Made by a program: the position numbers and the translations under genes
Notes under the pieces: model-generated
The model's input: the letters and a program-made list of their open reading frames with translations, nothing else
Told to the model about the DNA's origin: nothing
Databases searched by the model: none
In this document: positions 9,335-19,134 of the stretch, piece by piece
Layout: each line of letters starts with the position of its first letter
Position numbering within the stretch: the stretch's first letter is position 1
Source: Candidatus Cloacimonadales bacterium
Lineage (GTDB): Bacteria > Cloacimonadota > Cloacimonadia > Cloacimonadales > JAIOQZ01
NCBI GenBank assembly: GCA_963674825.1
Contig: OY771587.1
Span: 832,001 to 896,000 of the forward strand
DNA length: 64,000 bases
Direction: 5' to 3'

Positions 9335-9359
9335 CCCTTCGACTCCGCTCAGGATGACA
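9335..9359. repeat. REP-like palindromic element, copy 1
   Basis: CCCTTCGACTCCGCTCAGGATGACA; near-identical copy at 55256-55281. Confidence 0.8.
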
Positions 9360-9435
9360 CGCTAAGCTCAGTTTATATCTTCGGATGGTAGAAGAGATAC
9401 AAAGCTCACAACGAGATAAGCAAACGAACATCCAC

Positions 9436-10755
9436 CTACTGCGCCATCCTTCTATTACGGGCACTGCGTCGCCATTTGAGGCTGTAGTTCACCACCACGT
9501 AGCCAATCATGATGATCGGTACCAGGGAACGGGTCACTGCCGCGCCGTTGAAGCCGAAATAGCGGATCATGAAGTAGAACAGGATTATACTGGAAATCGC
9601 ACCCGTGAGGTTGATGTAGAGGTACATCTTATTCTCAAGCTTGCCCATCACAACGGTGGTGATGAAGACGCTGAGGTTTAGGAAGAAGAAGCCGATAGCG
9701 TGGATTCGTCCGTAATGATAAGCTTCGGTGTATCTTCCGCTGGTCAGGAAGGCCGCGATAGGCTTTGCCAGCACCAGGTAGAGCAACGTCGGAGCAAGAA
9801 TCAACAGGGTCATGATGCCGATGTTGATGTACATCTGCTTTCTTGCCTTGTTGTGGATATTCTTGAAGAGTTCTGTCTCAAATGCCTGATAGATCGACGT
9901 ACCGAAGTTGTAGATATAGTTGGCGTGGTTCTTACCGATGACGTATAAACTGAAATTTTTCACATCGTGCAGCTTTTCCAGCATGATCGTATCCAGCGCT
10001 TTAAACGGGATAATCACCAGGAAGCTGAGAATCAGCGGACCGCAGAATTTGAAAGCATCCTTGAGAATTGTCAGGTCAAACTTGAATACCATCTTGTTTC
10101 TCATGAGGATCAGCGAGACAATAGAAACGATCACCGTTCCAATCATACCGCCGGCCATACGCCCCGCAGCGCCCTTATGGTATAGAACCACAAGTACCAG
10201 CGCCATTCCGATGGTAAACAGGTGATAACCTGTCGTGATGAGGAAATACCCCCAAAATTGCCGTTTCATGCGGTAGTGAGTCTGTAGAAACACATACCAC
10301 ACAAAGAAATAGAGTTGGATCAGCAGCAGAAATATAAAGGGTGTAAACGCAAAGCTTACTTGCGCCACTTTGAAATATATCTTGAAGATGAAATAGCTGA
10401 CAAACATCGTGAAGATGTTGAAGAATGTCAGGAATGAGACCAGCGTGAACATGATACGCTTTCGCTCTTCCTCGGTACTACGATGAAACCGTACCGAATA
10501 GTAGTTACCGAACGAAAGGTGAATGATCGGATAGAGGAAAACCGCAAGGGAATTGAAATAACCCACGACCGAAAAGTCGGTTGCCGAGAGATGCCGCGCG
10601 AAGATCGGAGAGGTGAAAATTGCGATCGCCATATGGGCGATAGTCGCGGCGTAGCTCAGGAGTGTATTCTTGATGTTGGAGCCTAAGCGGCTTTTTACTT
10701 TGCCCCATACTTTGGAAGAGACAAGCGATTCACGCAGTTTCGATATGCTATTCAT
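9436..10755 (-). CDS. Polysaccharide flippase (Wzx/MOP family)
   Basis: 439 aa, about 12 hydrophobic segments, PIFARHLS..DF N-terminal pattern, YFGFNGAA near the C-terminus, next to a glycosyltransferase. Confidence 0.85.
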   Translation of the reverse strand: MNSISKLRESLVSSKVWGKVKSRLGSNIKNTLLSYAATIAHMAIAIFTSPIFARHLSATDFSVVGYFNSLAVFLYPIIHLSFGNYYSVRFHRSTEEERKRIMFTLVSFLTFFNIFTMFVSYFIFKIYFKVAQVSFAFTPFIFLLLIQLYFFVWYVFLQTHYRMKRQFWGYFLITTGYHLFTIGMALVLVVLYHKGAAGRMAGGMIGTVIVSIVSLILMRNKMVFKFDLTILKDAFKFCGPLILSFLVIIPFKALDTIMLEKLHDVKNFSLYVIGKNHANYIYNFGTSIYQAFETELFKNIHNKARKQMYINIGIMTLLILAPTLLYLVLAKPIAAFLTSGRYTEAYHYGRIHAIGFFFLNLSVFITTVVMGKLENKMYLYINLTGAISSIILFYFMIRYFGFNGAAVTRSLVPIIMIGYVVVNYSLKWRRSARNRRMAQ

Positions 10756-10777
10756 CGTGTTTTTCTTCTATATCCCG

Positions 10778-12040
10778 CTATCGACTGTTTTCATGAATTT
10801 GCGTGTAGATCTCGACGAACTTCTTTGCAATCCGCTCGGGACTGCTGTCCTGATGTCGCCGGCTACGCGCAGCCTGACCCATTTCGGCAGCCTGATCGGG
10901 ATTTCGCATCATCCAGGCGATCATGGCCGCGGCAGAGAAGTGGTTGGTATCCTGGAAGATAAGGCCTTCTTCCCCTTCCTTCAGCAGCGTTGACACACCA
11001 CCGGTGTATGGCGCAAGACAGGGCATGCCGAGCGCTTGAGCTTCTTTGAGCGTGTTGGGTGTGTTCTCAATGTGACAGAAATGAGCGAACATGAAAGTCT
11101 TTTTCATTTCGTCGATGAGCTGCTCGGCCGTCATATAGCCGAGAAATTTAACCTGCGATCTCGGGATGTTCATGGTGGCCATACGTCGTTTCATAACCTT
11201 ACCAAGATAGCTGGATTCCTCAACACCTGCCACCTTGAAGACAACATTGCTCAATCCGACATCGTTGAGCGTTTTCGCAGCGAGAAGCAGACCGTCGAAG
11301 CCCTTGTAAGCAACTTGACCAGACATTATCGAGATCACGGTATTGGGCTCGGCCTTCTGCCGAGTCCACTGGGCGTTGTAAAATTCACGTCGGAGCACTT
11401 CTTCGTTGTAGAAGTAGGTTGCATCCGGGCAAAGCATGGAGTAGTAGGACTTAACGAAGAAATTCTGCGTCGCGAAGTACCGCGCGCTCTTGACATACTT
11501 GGATTCATAAGCGTCGCGCCAGCCGAAGTTTTCGCCAAAGAGCATCTTCTTGACGTAGTACTTCCAGCTCTTGCTGAGCCTCGCTTCGTTCTTCTTGACC
11601 ATGTTCTGGTATTTGATGCGATAGTATTCCCAGATTACGCGGATTCCCTGGATGGAGACAAGCGTCTTCTCTGGATATTCCGAGCATAAGAATATATAGG
11701 GATGCTCAGAGCCGAATATATGTATAATGTCGGGCTTGTAGTCCTCGACGATCTTGCGATAGGTATCCTGATAGAACTGGATCGCTTTTTCGTTGTTGCG
11801 TGTGTGTAGCAATGCTGCGATATTCTTGTCCTGAGAAGCACAGATATAGGTGAAACGGCCGCGCGTAACATTTGCTTTGGGCTTTCCGTAGGAGGAAACG
11901 AAGCCAACCTCAAAATCGTCACCGGTGTATTTTTCAAAAGCAGCTTCCAGTCCATCAACCCATGAATTCAGTCTTCCTGTCGTGTTATAAGCAGCATGTG
12001 CATTTCTTGTCAGTGAATCATAAAATATCAATACTCGCAT
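10778..12040 (-). CDS. Glycosyltransferase family 4
   Basis: YKPDIIHIFGSE, YKG, VKFLG, ENTPNTLKEAQALGMP (EX7E) motifs. Confidence 0.9.
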   Translation of the reverse strand: MRVLIFYDSLTRNAHAAYNTTGRLNSWVDGLEAAFEKYTGDDFEVGFVSSYGKPKANVTRGRFTYICASQDKNIAALLHTRNNEKAIQFYQDTYRKIVEDYKPDIIHIFGSEHPYIFLCSEYPEKTLVSIQGIRVIWEYYRIKYQNMVKKNEARLSKSWKYYVKKMLFGENFGWRDAYESKYVKSARYFATQNFFVKSYYSMLCPDATYFYNEEVLRREFYNAQWTRQKAEPNTVISIMSGQVAYKGFDGLLLAAKTLNDVGLSNVVFKVAGVEESSYLGKVMKRRMATMNIPRSQVKFLGYMTAEQLIDEMKKTFMFAHFCHIENTPNTLKEAQALGMPCLAPYTGGVSTLLKEGEEGLIFQDTNHFSAAAMIAWMMRNPDQAAEMGQAARSRRHQDSSPERIAKKFVEIYTQIHENSR

Positions 12041-12205
12041 CAAACGCTCCAGTCCTTATTTACAATGTAAACTGCATGTTTCCGGGGTCTATCTTATTGT
12101 CAAGCAAAAACGGCCCTCCGAACGTCCTCACAATGCCTGTTTTCAAGGATTTCCGTTGACATTCCGAAGCCACGCTTCACCTATCGATTCCATATGGAGG
12201 TGACT

Positions 12206-12694
12206 ATGGATCAACACGAACTCAAAATACGATTCGCAACGCCATCCGATCTGGAGACCCTGGTCGATTTGCGCATCCGCTTCCTCAACGAATTCATGCC
12301 TCCATCGGATCAATCCAAGGAAACAATCCTGCGCGAGAACATGACCCGGTACATGCAGAAAGCGCTCGAGACCGGCGAGTATGTTGGCTTGCTTGGGTTT
12401 TACGATGGAGAACTTGCTTCAGCCGGGGGAATGGTTGTCTGGAATTTGCCGTCCAGTTACCGGATGTTGAACGGTCGCAAGGGCTACATCCTAAGCATCT
12501 ACACAATCCCGAAATATCGCCGCAACGGGCTATGCGGCAAGATGATCGATGAGTTTGTGGCCTACGGGAAGTCGCATGGAATCGATACACTGCACCTCCA
12601 TGCCGGTGCGATGGGCGATAAAATCTATCGCAAAGCGGGATTCGGGGAACCGCATGAACCGGAATTGGTGATCTATGGTGTGGGGGATGCGTAG
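12206..12694 (+). CDS. GNAT family N-acetyltransferase
   Basis: IRFATPSD, YTIPKYRRNGLC acetyl-CoA motif, IYRKAGF; GGAGG SD before ATG 12206. Confidence 0.9.
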   Translation: MDQHELKIRFATPSDLETLVDLRIRFLNEFMPPSDQSKETILRENMTRYMQKALETGEYVGLLGFYDGELASAGGMVVWNLPSSYRMLNGRKGYILSIYTIPKYRRNGLCGKMIDEFVAYGKSHGIDTLHLHAGAMGDKIYRKAGFGEPHEPELVIYGVGDA

Positions 12695-12711
12695 GCAACT
12701 ATCCGTCGATA

Positions 12712-12739
12712 TGCCCTTTCTCACTACTCGGGATGACAC
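12712..12739. repeat. REP-like element, degenerate copy
   Basis: TGCCCTT-TCTCACTACTC-GGGATGACAC aligns without gaps to TGCCCTT-CGACTCCGCTC-AGGATGACAC. Confidence 0.55.
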
Positions 12740-12751
12740 ATAAAAGTACCA

Positions 12752-14065
12752 TCAGCCTGATGAGCCACCGACGATTTTATGCAGCTGCTCCAGCGTATTC
12801 TGCATGGTCGATTTCTCGTTCATGTCCTGCTGAAGTAGTGCGTTGAGAGAATCGATCTTCGAGATCGCGTGATCGATGCGGGGATTGCTCCCCTGTGAAT
12901 ATGCACCAATATTGATCAAATCTTCGGCATCGCGGTAAATTGCCAGCGTTTCGATCGCCTTACGCGAATCGAGCTTGTGCTGGTCGTCGATCACGCTATT
13001 CATCACACGGCTTATGCTCTGTAAGACATCCACTGCCGGGTAATGCCCGCGCGAGGCAATCTTGCGCGACAGCACAATATGTCCATCCAGAATCGAGCGT
13101 GCCGCATCCGCGATAGGCTCATCCATGTCGCCGCCTTCCACCAGCACCGCATACAGCGCCGTGATGGAGCCGCGATTGGAAGTACCGGCTCGTTCCAGCA
13201 ACTTGGGTAGATCGCTGAATACAGACGGCGTATAGCCCTTGGTGGTAGGAGGTTCGCCGATGGCGAGACCAATCTCACGCTTGGCCATTGCGAAACGGGT
13301 GACCGAATCCATCATGAACATCACGTCCAGCCCCTGATCGCGGAAAAATTCGGCGATTGTTGTTGCGACCAATGCGCCTTTGATACGACTCAGCGCTGCC
13401 TGATCGGAAGTCGCGACCACGACCACGGAACGCTTTAGTCCCTCTTCGCCGAGATCCTTCTCGATGAAGTCCCTGACCTCGCGTCCACGCTCGCCGATGA
13501 GCGCGATCACGTTCACATCCGCTGTCGTGTTTCGGGCGATCATGCCCAGTAGAACGCTCTTTCCCACACCCGAACCGGCAAAGATACCTGTACGTTGTCC
13601 CTTACCACAGGTCAGGAGGCTGTCGATGCTGCGAATACCCAGCTCCAGCGGTTCCTGGATTGTCTTGCGAGTAAGTGGATTCGGAGGCGCGCTATATACG
13701 GAACGCTTCTCGCGCAGCTTCAGCTTGCCCTTGCCGTCGATTGGATTGCCTAGGCCATCCAGAATGCGGCCCTTTAGCTCGTTGCCGACTCCGACGTTGA
13801 ACGGTTCGCGAAAGGTATAGACCTGGTTTCCAGGCGCGATTCCATATAGTTCCTTGAGCGGCATCAAGAGTGTCTTGTTCTTCTTGAAACCTACCACTTC
13901 GGCAACGTGCCTTACACCATCGGAACTTTGAATATAACATACATCGCCAATGGACGCTGCCGGGCCGTTCGATTCGACAATGAGCCCGATGATCTGAGAG
14001 ACAGTACCGTTTCGCCGGATGGGATCGACCCGATCCAGCATGGTGTGGTATTTATTGAATTGCAT
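12752..14065 (-). CDS. fliI: Flagellar export ATPase FliI
   Basis: GIFAGSGVGKS, IGERGREV, MDSVTRFAMA, GEPPTTKGY; follows fliH. Confidence 0.97.
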   Translation of the reverse strand: MQFNKYHTMLDRVDPIRRNGTVSQIIGLIVESNGPAASIGDVCYIQSSDGVRHVAEVVGFKKNKTLLMPLKELYGIAPGNQVYTFREPFNVGVGNELKGRILDGLGNPIDGKGKLKLREKRSVYSAPPNPLTRKTIQEPLELGIRSIDSLLTCGKGQRTGIFAGSGVGKSVLLGMIARNTTADVNVIALIGERGREVRDFIEKDLGEEGLKRSVVVVATSDQAALSRIKGALVATTIAEFFRDQGLDVMFMMDSVTRFAMAKREIGLAIGEPPTTKGYTPSVFSDLPKLLERAGTSNRGSITALYAVLVEGGDMDEPIADAARSILDGHIVLSRKIASRGHYPAVDVLQSISRVMNSVIDDQHKLDSRKAIETLAIYRDAEDLINIGAYSQGSNPRIDHAISKIDSLNALLQQDMNEKSTMQNTLEQLHKIVGGSSG

Positions 14066-14068
14066 GAT

Positions 14069-14761
14069 CTATTGATCCGAATCGTCTTTGAGAAGCTTGC
14101 GACGGATTTCCTGGAACTGTGTTTCGATGCTTGCATCAACCGATCCGATTTCAGTCTCGATCAGGCAGCCACCCGATTCCACGCGCGGCGAGGGTACAAT
14201 CTCCACGACGTCGGGCAGATCGACCTGCATTTTGAGCGCATCGAGGTTCGCCTTCACCAATTCCCAATCTTTTCGGCTGACGTGAATCTTGATGGAGCGG
14301 TTATCGTTTATCTGATTCAGGCCCTTCTTTAGAATGGTGAGGATAATCTCGGGATTCATCTCGATCTCTATATCGGTGATCTTACGGGCAATCGAGAGGA
14401 TCAGCGAAAGCATCTCGTGCTCTTCGTTTTCGTAGATGGCGTCCATTTCGCGGTGGAATTTATCGGCAATCTTCTTTAAAATCTGGAATGACTTATTGAA
14501 CTGCTCATGGTACTTCTGCTCCGACTGCTTGAGCCCTTCCTGAAATCCCTGGTCGTACGCCTTCTGCTTCTCCTGCTGGAGCTGCTGAGCAAATTGCTGT
14601 TGCGCCTTGCCCAGCTCTTTATGGAAGATGCGCTGAACAATGTCGCTGTTCAACGATCTCACCGCATCGGTCGACGGCTTTTCTTTCGCCGTTGCGATCC
14701 GGGCGCTTTTTACCGGAAATTCGGATTTGACTCTCAGTTCGTGCATTTGGGGCCTTTCCAT
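14069..14761 (-). CDS. fliH: Flagellar assembly protein FliH
   Basis: AxxxGxxxG repeats, GGCLIET..GSVDAS; between fliG and fliI. Confidence 0.93.
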   Translation of the reverse strand: MERPQMHELRVKSEFPVKSARIATAKEKPSTDAVRSLNSDIVQRIFHKELGKAQQQFAQQLQQEKQKAYDQGFQEGLKQSEQKYHEQFNKSFQILKKIADKFHREMDAIYENEEHEMLSLILSIARKITDIEIEMNPEIILTILKKGLNQINDNRSIKIHVSRKDWELVKANLDALKMQVDLPDVVEIVPSPRVESGGCLIETEIGSVDASIETQFQEIRRKLLKDDSDQ

Positions 14762-14766
14762 CTCAA

Positions 14767-15840
14767 TTATTCGATGAAGTCCTCACCGCCCTTGGTAAGC
14801 TGGATTTCACCCAGTTCTTCAAGCTTGCGGATCACATCGAGGATGTTCTGGCGCGCATTTTCAACGTCACGCAGCCGCACCGGGCCAGCGTACTCCATTT
14901 CTTCCTGAATGATGCTGGCGGCACGCTCGGAGATGTTGTTGAAAATCTTGTCCTGCACATCGTCGTTGGCACCCTTGAGAGCCAGCGCGAGGTCTTTCTG
15001 GTCGATGTCGCGCAGAATCTTCTGTATGGTTCTGTCGTCGAGATAGAGGATATCTTCGAAGACGAACATGAGGTTCTTGATTTCGGTTGCGAGCTTTGGA
15101 TCCTTGGCTGCAACGGCTTCGAGGATGGAACGTTCGGTGGTGGAACCGACCATGTTGATGATCTCCGCAGCCGCAGATACACCACCAAATTTGGTTCCCT
15201 GCTGGCTGAAGTCGATACGGTCTTCCAGCACACGCTCCACGGTCTCGATCATATCCTGTGAAACGCGCTCCATGGTGGCGAAACGCATGATAACGTCGTT
15301 GCGGAGGTCTTCCGGCAGCTCGGCGATGACGTTGGCTGCCTGAGTAGGCTCAAGCTGCGTCAGTACCAGCGCGATCGTCTGCGGATGTTCCTTCTGAATA
15401 AAGGTAAGCAACTGAGTCGAATCGACCTGCTTCAGAACGTTGAAACCACGGACCTGCATCAAGCGCTGGATCTTCTTGATAATCTCCATTGCGCGAATGT
15501 CGCCCACGGCGTCTTCCAGCACTTCACGGGCGTATTCGATACCACCCAGTGAGATATACTGCTGCGCTTTGACCATCTCGTAGAATTCTTCAAATACCGC
15601 TTCGGTTATCTTGGGTTCTACGGCGGAGGTTGTCGCGATTCTCGCGGTGACCTCTTCCACATCTTCCGCACTCATGTGCTGCAGGAGCGTTGCAGAGGCG
15701 TCTTTCCCCAAGCCGATCATCAGAATCGCGGCTTTATGCGATCCAGGAAATTTTTTCAATATCTTCCGGTACTCGTCGATCCGATCTTGCGTAATCCCGA
15801 ATTCGAGAGGGATGTTCGAATTTTGTCCATTGTCTTCCAT
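14767..15840 (-). CDS. fliG: Flagellar motor switch protein FliG
   Basis: GGIEYAREVL, EHPQTIALVL, MFVFEDI, GPVRLRDVE. Confidence 0.97.
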   Translation of the reverse strand: MEDNGQNSNIPLEFGITQDRIDEYRKILKKFPGSHKAAILMIGLGKDASATLLQHMSAEDVEEVTARIATTSAVEPKITEAVFEEFYEMVKAQQYISLGGIEYAREVLEDAVGDIRAMEIIKKIQRLMQVRGFNVLKQVDSTQLLTFIQKEHPQTIALVLTQLEPTQAANVIAELPEDLRNDVIMRFATMERVSQDMIETVERVLEDRIDFSQQGTKFGGVSAAAEIINMVGSTTERSILEAVAAKDPKLATEIKNLMFVFEDILYLDDRTIQKILRDIDQKDLALALKGANDDVQDKIFNNISERAASIIQEEMEYAGPVRLRDVENARQNILDVIRKLEELGEIQLTKGGEDFIE

Positions 15841-17441
15841 TACTTAGTCTCCTTCTCGATAAGCCAGCTCTTGATCAGTTTCACCGCAATCTCAGGATTG
15901 TCGATGATGAACTTCTTCACAGCATCCTGCAGAAGCTGATCTTCGGTCTGCTCAATCTCGATGTCCTTCATCGGTTTGAAGCTGTAGGCGATACGGCCTT
16001 CACCCATCGGCATACCTTCTTCTCCTTCAGGATAGAATCCTTCGCGCTCGGCCTCACCATCAATCATTGCAGGCCGCAATGCCAAGCTTTCTTCCGCCTC
16101 ATCCGCAGGACGTGCAAATATCTTGCGGAACTGTGAGAACAGCGCCAGAAGCAAAATAATCAAAATAACCAGCACAACGCCCTTTTCGACCATGTCCAGA
16201 AGCTCCTGACGACGAACATCTGCTTCGCGCTTCATCCGTTCAAATTCCTGCTGAGCATCGTCGAAGCGCATGTTGCTGACCACAATCTGGTCGCCACGAT
16301 CCGCGTCGAAGCCGACAGCGCTACGCACCAGTGATTCGATCTTCTGGAGTTCTTCCGGTGCACGCGCGGTGTATTCTCTTGTAATATTGCCATCGACCTG
16401 CTCGATCGTGATGGCGTGATTGACCACTACAGATACCGAAAGCCGCTTGATGTTGCCCACCTGATTGGTGATATGCTGCACTGTGCGGTTGATCTCGTAA
16501 TTGCTGATCAGGTGTTCGGTAGCCGCTGATGTGCTGTCTGCCTGATCTGCCTGCTGCGTTGTCTCGATCTCTTCCGAACGAGCTACTCTGCTTTCGGGAT
16601 CATATTTCTCTGTCGTGGTTTCGATAGAATCAAAATTGAGGTCGGCGCTTACCCGGACATCGGAATTGCCCGGCTCAAGAATATTGTTCAATTGCGCCTG
16701 AATTTTACGTTTCAAATAGTCTTCGACCTTGCGTTGCAGGGTCATCTGGTAGTTGGAAAGTCCCGCGATGGAGTCGTCGTAATGCTCTGTGAGCTCTTGT
16801 CCGTCCTGATCGGTAATGCTTACATGGTTGACCTCGAGCCCTTCCACTGCCGAGGCGATAAGGTTCGCGATACCGCTGATCTGGTTCTGGTTGAGCTTCT
16901 GCTTCACACGCAGGAACACAGACGCTGAAGGATCTTTCTGATCTTCCTTAAAGAGCCGTTCTTCAGGAAATACCAGATGTACGCGCACAAAATCGATTCC
17001 GTTGATCGCGCGGATGGTACGCTGCAACTCCCCTTCCAGGGCTCGCTGGAAATTGATATTTTGTACCTTTTCGGTTACGCCCAGATTGGTTTTATCGAAG
17101 ATCTCGAACCCTGTGCCACCCTGGGTCAGGATGCCTTCGGATGCGAGCCGGATGCGCGTCTCATAGACCTGATCACGTGCAATAAGAATTGTGCTGCCGC
17201 CATCTGAAAGCTTGTATTCGATATTCATTTCATCCAGCTTCTCGATCGTCTTGGCGGCTTCCTTGGGATCCATACTGCCAAAGAGAAGACCGTACTCGAC
17301 TTTCGAGCTCCAGTTCAAGAGCCAGACAAAAGCGGCAATTGTCATAATGAAAAGGGCCCCGAGTACAATCTTCTGCCTGATATCGAGGCGATTGTAAATC
17401 TCGGACACTTTTTTCCTGGAATCTGCAAGGAACTCTTTCAT
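15840..17441 (-). CDS. fliF: Flagellar MS-ring protein FliF
   Basis: Two TM segments, GFEIFDK, RALEGELQRTI, PSASV, AVGFDADRGD. Confidence 0.97.
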   Translation of the reverse strand: MKEFLADSRKKVSEIYNRLDIRQKIVLGALFIMTIAAFVWLLNWSSKVEYGLLFGSMDPKEAAKTIEKLDEMNIEYKLSDGGSTILIARDQVYETRIRLASEGILTQGGTGFEIFDKTNLGVTEKVQNINFQRALEGELQRTIRAINGIDFVRVHLVFPEERLFKEDQKDPSASVFLRVKQKLNQNQISGIANLIASAVEGLEVNHVSITDQDGQELTEHYDDSIAGLSNYQMTLQRKVEDYLKRKIQAQLNNILEPGNSDVRVSADLNFDSIETTTEKYDPESRVARSEEIETTQQADQADSTSAATEHLISNYEINRTVQHITNQVGNIKRLSVSVVVNHAITIEQVDGNITREYTARAPEELQKIESLVRSAVGFDADRGDQIVVSNMRFDDAQQEFERMKREADVRRQELLDMVEKGVVLVILIILLLALFSQFRKIFARPADEAEESLALRPAMIDGEAEREGFYPEGEEGMPMGEGRIAYSFKPMKDIEIEQTEDQLLQDAVKKFIIDNPEIAVKLIKSWLIEKETK

Positions 17442-17525
17442 AATACCCGACTCACGTATTTTGTATTAGGGAAAAACTTCTTCTGGAGACAACAAGGACG
17501 TACCGAGTACTTCCTGCTCAGGATA

Positions 17526-17837
17526 CTACACGGACGTCTTGATAACTTCCTTATATGCTTCCAGCATCTTGTTGCGGATCTGCATGACAAGGTTGAAGCT
17601 CATGTTCGCCTTTTCAACGGCGAGCATCACCTCATGAGGATCGATATCCTCTCCGGCGATTATGCGCCGAATACTGTCATCAGCGTCCACCTGCATGTCA
17701 TTTGCTTCCTCGATATAACTCTTCATCATATCTTTGAAGGACATCTCGGGAACTTCCTGAGATTGTGCTTTACCCGAAGCTGCCTGATTGGTCAGCTCAT
17801 GCATCTGCTGCAACGCCTGAATTCTTGGATCTGTCAT
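17526..17837 (-). CDS. fliE: Flagellar hook-basal body protein FliE
   Basis: HEVMLAVEKA...QIRNKMLEAYKE. Confidence 0.95.
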   Translation of the reverse strand: MTDPRIQALQQMHELTNQAASGKAQSQEVPEMSFKDMMKSYIEEANDMQVDADDSIRRIIAGEDIDPHEVMLAVEKANMSFNLVMQIRNKMLEAYKEVIKTSV

Positions 17838-17849
17838 CTGTCCTCTCCG

Positions 17850-18152
17850 TTACATTCGAATATCCAGCTTCGAACCGATCATTACCGCCGGATCATTCTT
17901 TGCGACAAAAGATTTTCCTTGCACTACTAATTTATCATCTCCGAAGACTTCGTGCAAGACCTTTTTTTCGTCATCGCTAAGAATGTTCCTCAGCTCACCC
18001 GACGAAACCGCGTTCATACGCTCTTTGCGTGTATTTCCCACGTTCGAGGAACGGGCCTCGGAAAGTTTGCTGTTGCTCTCGTAACTGCGGACAACATTTT
18101 GTACGCTTGCGGAAATCGCACTGGTTGTCTGATTATTCACTGTCAAAGCCAT
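17850..18152 (-). CDS. Hypothetical protein inside the flagellar operon
   Basis: 100 aa with AGGAG SD, tightly packed between flgC and fliE; ends IGSKLDIRM. Confidence 0.75.
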   Translation of the reverse strand: MALTVNNQTTSAISASVQNVVRSYESNSKLSEARSSNVGNTRKERMNAVSSGELRNILSDDEKKVLHEVFGDDKLVVQGKSFVAKNDPAVMIGSKLDIRM

Positions 18153-18165
18153 TTTCTACTCCTGC

Positions 18166-18663
18166 TTACAGCTTAATCGCTTTGCGCAGCATCTCTTTGG
18201 TGCTGTTGATCGCGGTTACGTTTGCTTCGAACGATCTCGTTGCAGAGATCAGATCGGTCATTTCCTGGATGATGTTTACGTTGGGCATGGCGACATAGCC
18301 ATTCTCATCGGCATCGGGATGCGAGGGGTCGTATTCCATGCGGAATTCGGAAGGATCACGAAGGATTTCCGATACGTGTACGCCGGCAGAGCAACACTTG
18401 TCCTTTCGCTCGAATGGGACTTCGTTCATGTGCTCGCTGTCGGTGCGGTTCATCTTCAGCACGGTTTCGTGAAGAACGGTCTGAAAGCGTTCGTCATCCG
18501 AGCCCGACTGCACCACCGGTATTTTACGGCGATAAGCTTCGCCCTCGGGTGTGCGTGTAGTTTCGGCGTTGGCAATATTTTCCGAGATGACATTCATCCG
18601 GGTGCGCTGCACCGAAAGCCCTGCCGAGCTGATATCGATCGCGTTAAACAATGACTTCAGCAT
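18166..18663 (-). CDS. flgC: Flagellar basal-body rod protein FlgC
   Basis: ISENIANAETT, YDPSHPDADENGYVAMPNVN. Confidence 0.97.
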   Translation of the reverse strand: MLKSLFNAIDISSAGLSVQRTRMNVISENIANAETTRTPEGEAYRRKIPVVQSGSDDERFQTVLHETVLKMNRTDSEHMNEVPFERKDKCCSAGVHVSEILRDPSEFRMEYDPSHPDADENGYVAMPNVNIIQEMTDLISATRSFEANVTAINSTKEMLRKAIKL

Positions 18664-18673
18664 TCATTCCTCC

Positions 18674-19096
18674 TTAGCTCTGCGGCATTCCCTTGATTGC
18701 CGAATTCAAGTTCGAAAACTTCTTTTTCAGGAGGCTGACGCTCATCTCGTACTTGATGTTGTTCTTCGCGAGTTCAGCCATTTCCTGATCGATATCCACA
18801 TTGTTGATACCACTGTCGTTAAGCGTGTTCTCGCTGAATTCGACACGCGGCTGAACTTCGTTCAGATCGCGGGTTCCAATAGGGATATGACGAGGATTGG
18901 TCTGCCCGTCAGGTACGCTGTGCTGCTTGATGTGCTTCTGGTATTCTTCCTCGAACGACACCTTGCGCGCTCGATAGCAAGGCGTGTTCACGTTGGCGAT
19001 ATTGTTTGATATCGCCTTCTGACGCAACGAGTAAGCATCCAGACTTTTTTCCAGATCTGGCACTGAGATCCGCTCGAACAAAAATCTTGAGATCAT
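18674..19096 (-). CDS. flgB: Flagellar basal-body rod protein FlgB
   Basis: ISNNIANVNTP.Y, NNVDIDQEM; GGAGG SD before ATG 19096. Confidence 0.96.
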   Translation of the reverse strand: MISRFLFERISVPDLEKSLDAYSLRQKAISNNIANVNTPCYRARKVSFEEEYQKHIKQHSVPDGQTNPRHIPIGTRDLNEVQPRVEFSENTLNDSGINNVDIDQEMAELAKNNIKYEMSVSLLKKKFSNLNSAIKGMPQS

Positions 19097-19118
19097 AATA
19101 ACCTCCGAGCGGATAAAA

Positions 19119-19134
19119 TGCAACCTCTATGCCA
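19119..19134 (-). promoter_or_regulatory. Sigma54 promoter of the flgB operon
   Basis: TGGCAT-AGAGG-TTGCA, canonical -24/-12, 22 nt before the flgB start; IHF-like CAA-N4-TTA at 19155-19164. Confidence 0.88.

Noticed and set aside
9240..9464. 74-aa ORF containing CHPERSRR
   Set aside because: That peptide is the translation of the REP element; the ORF also overlaps the wzx end
17480..17520. Imperfect hairpin between fliE and fliF
   Set aside because: No U-tract and several mismatches; at most an mRNA-stability element, too weak to call
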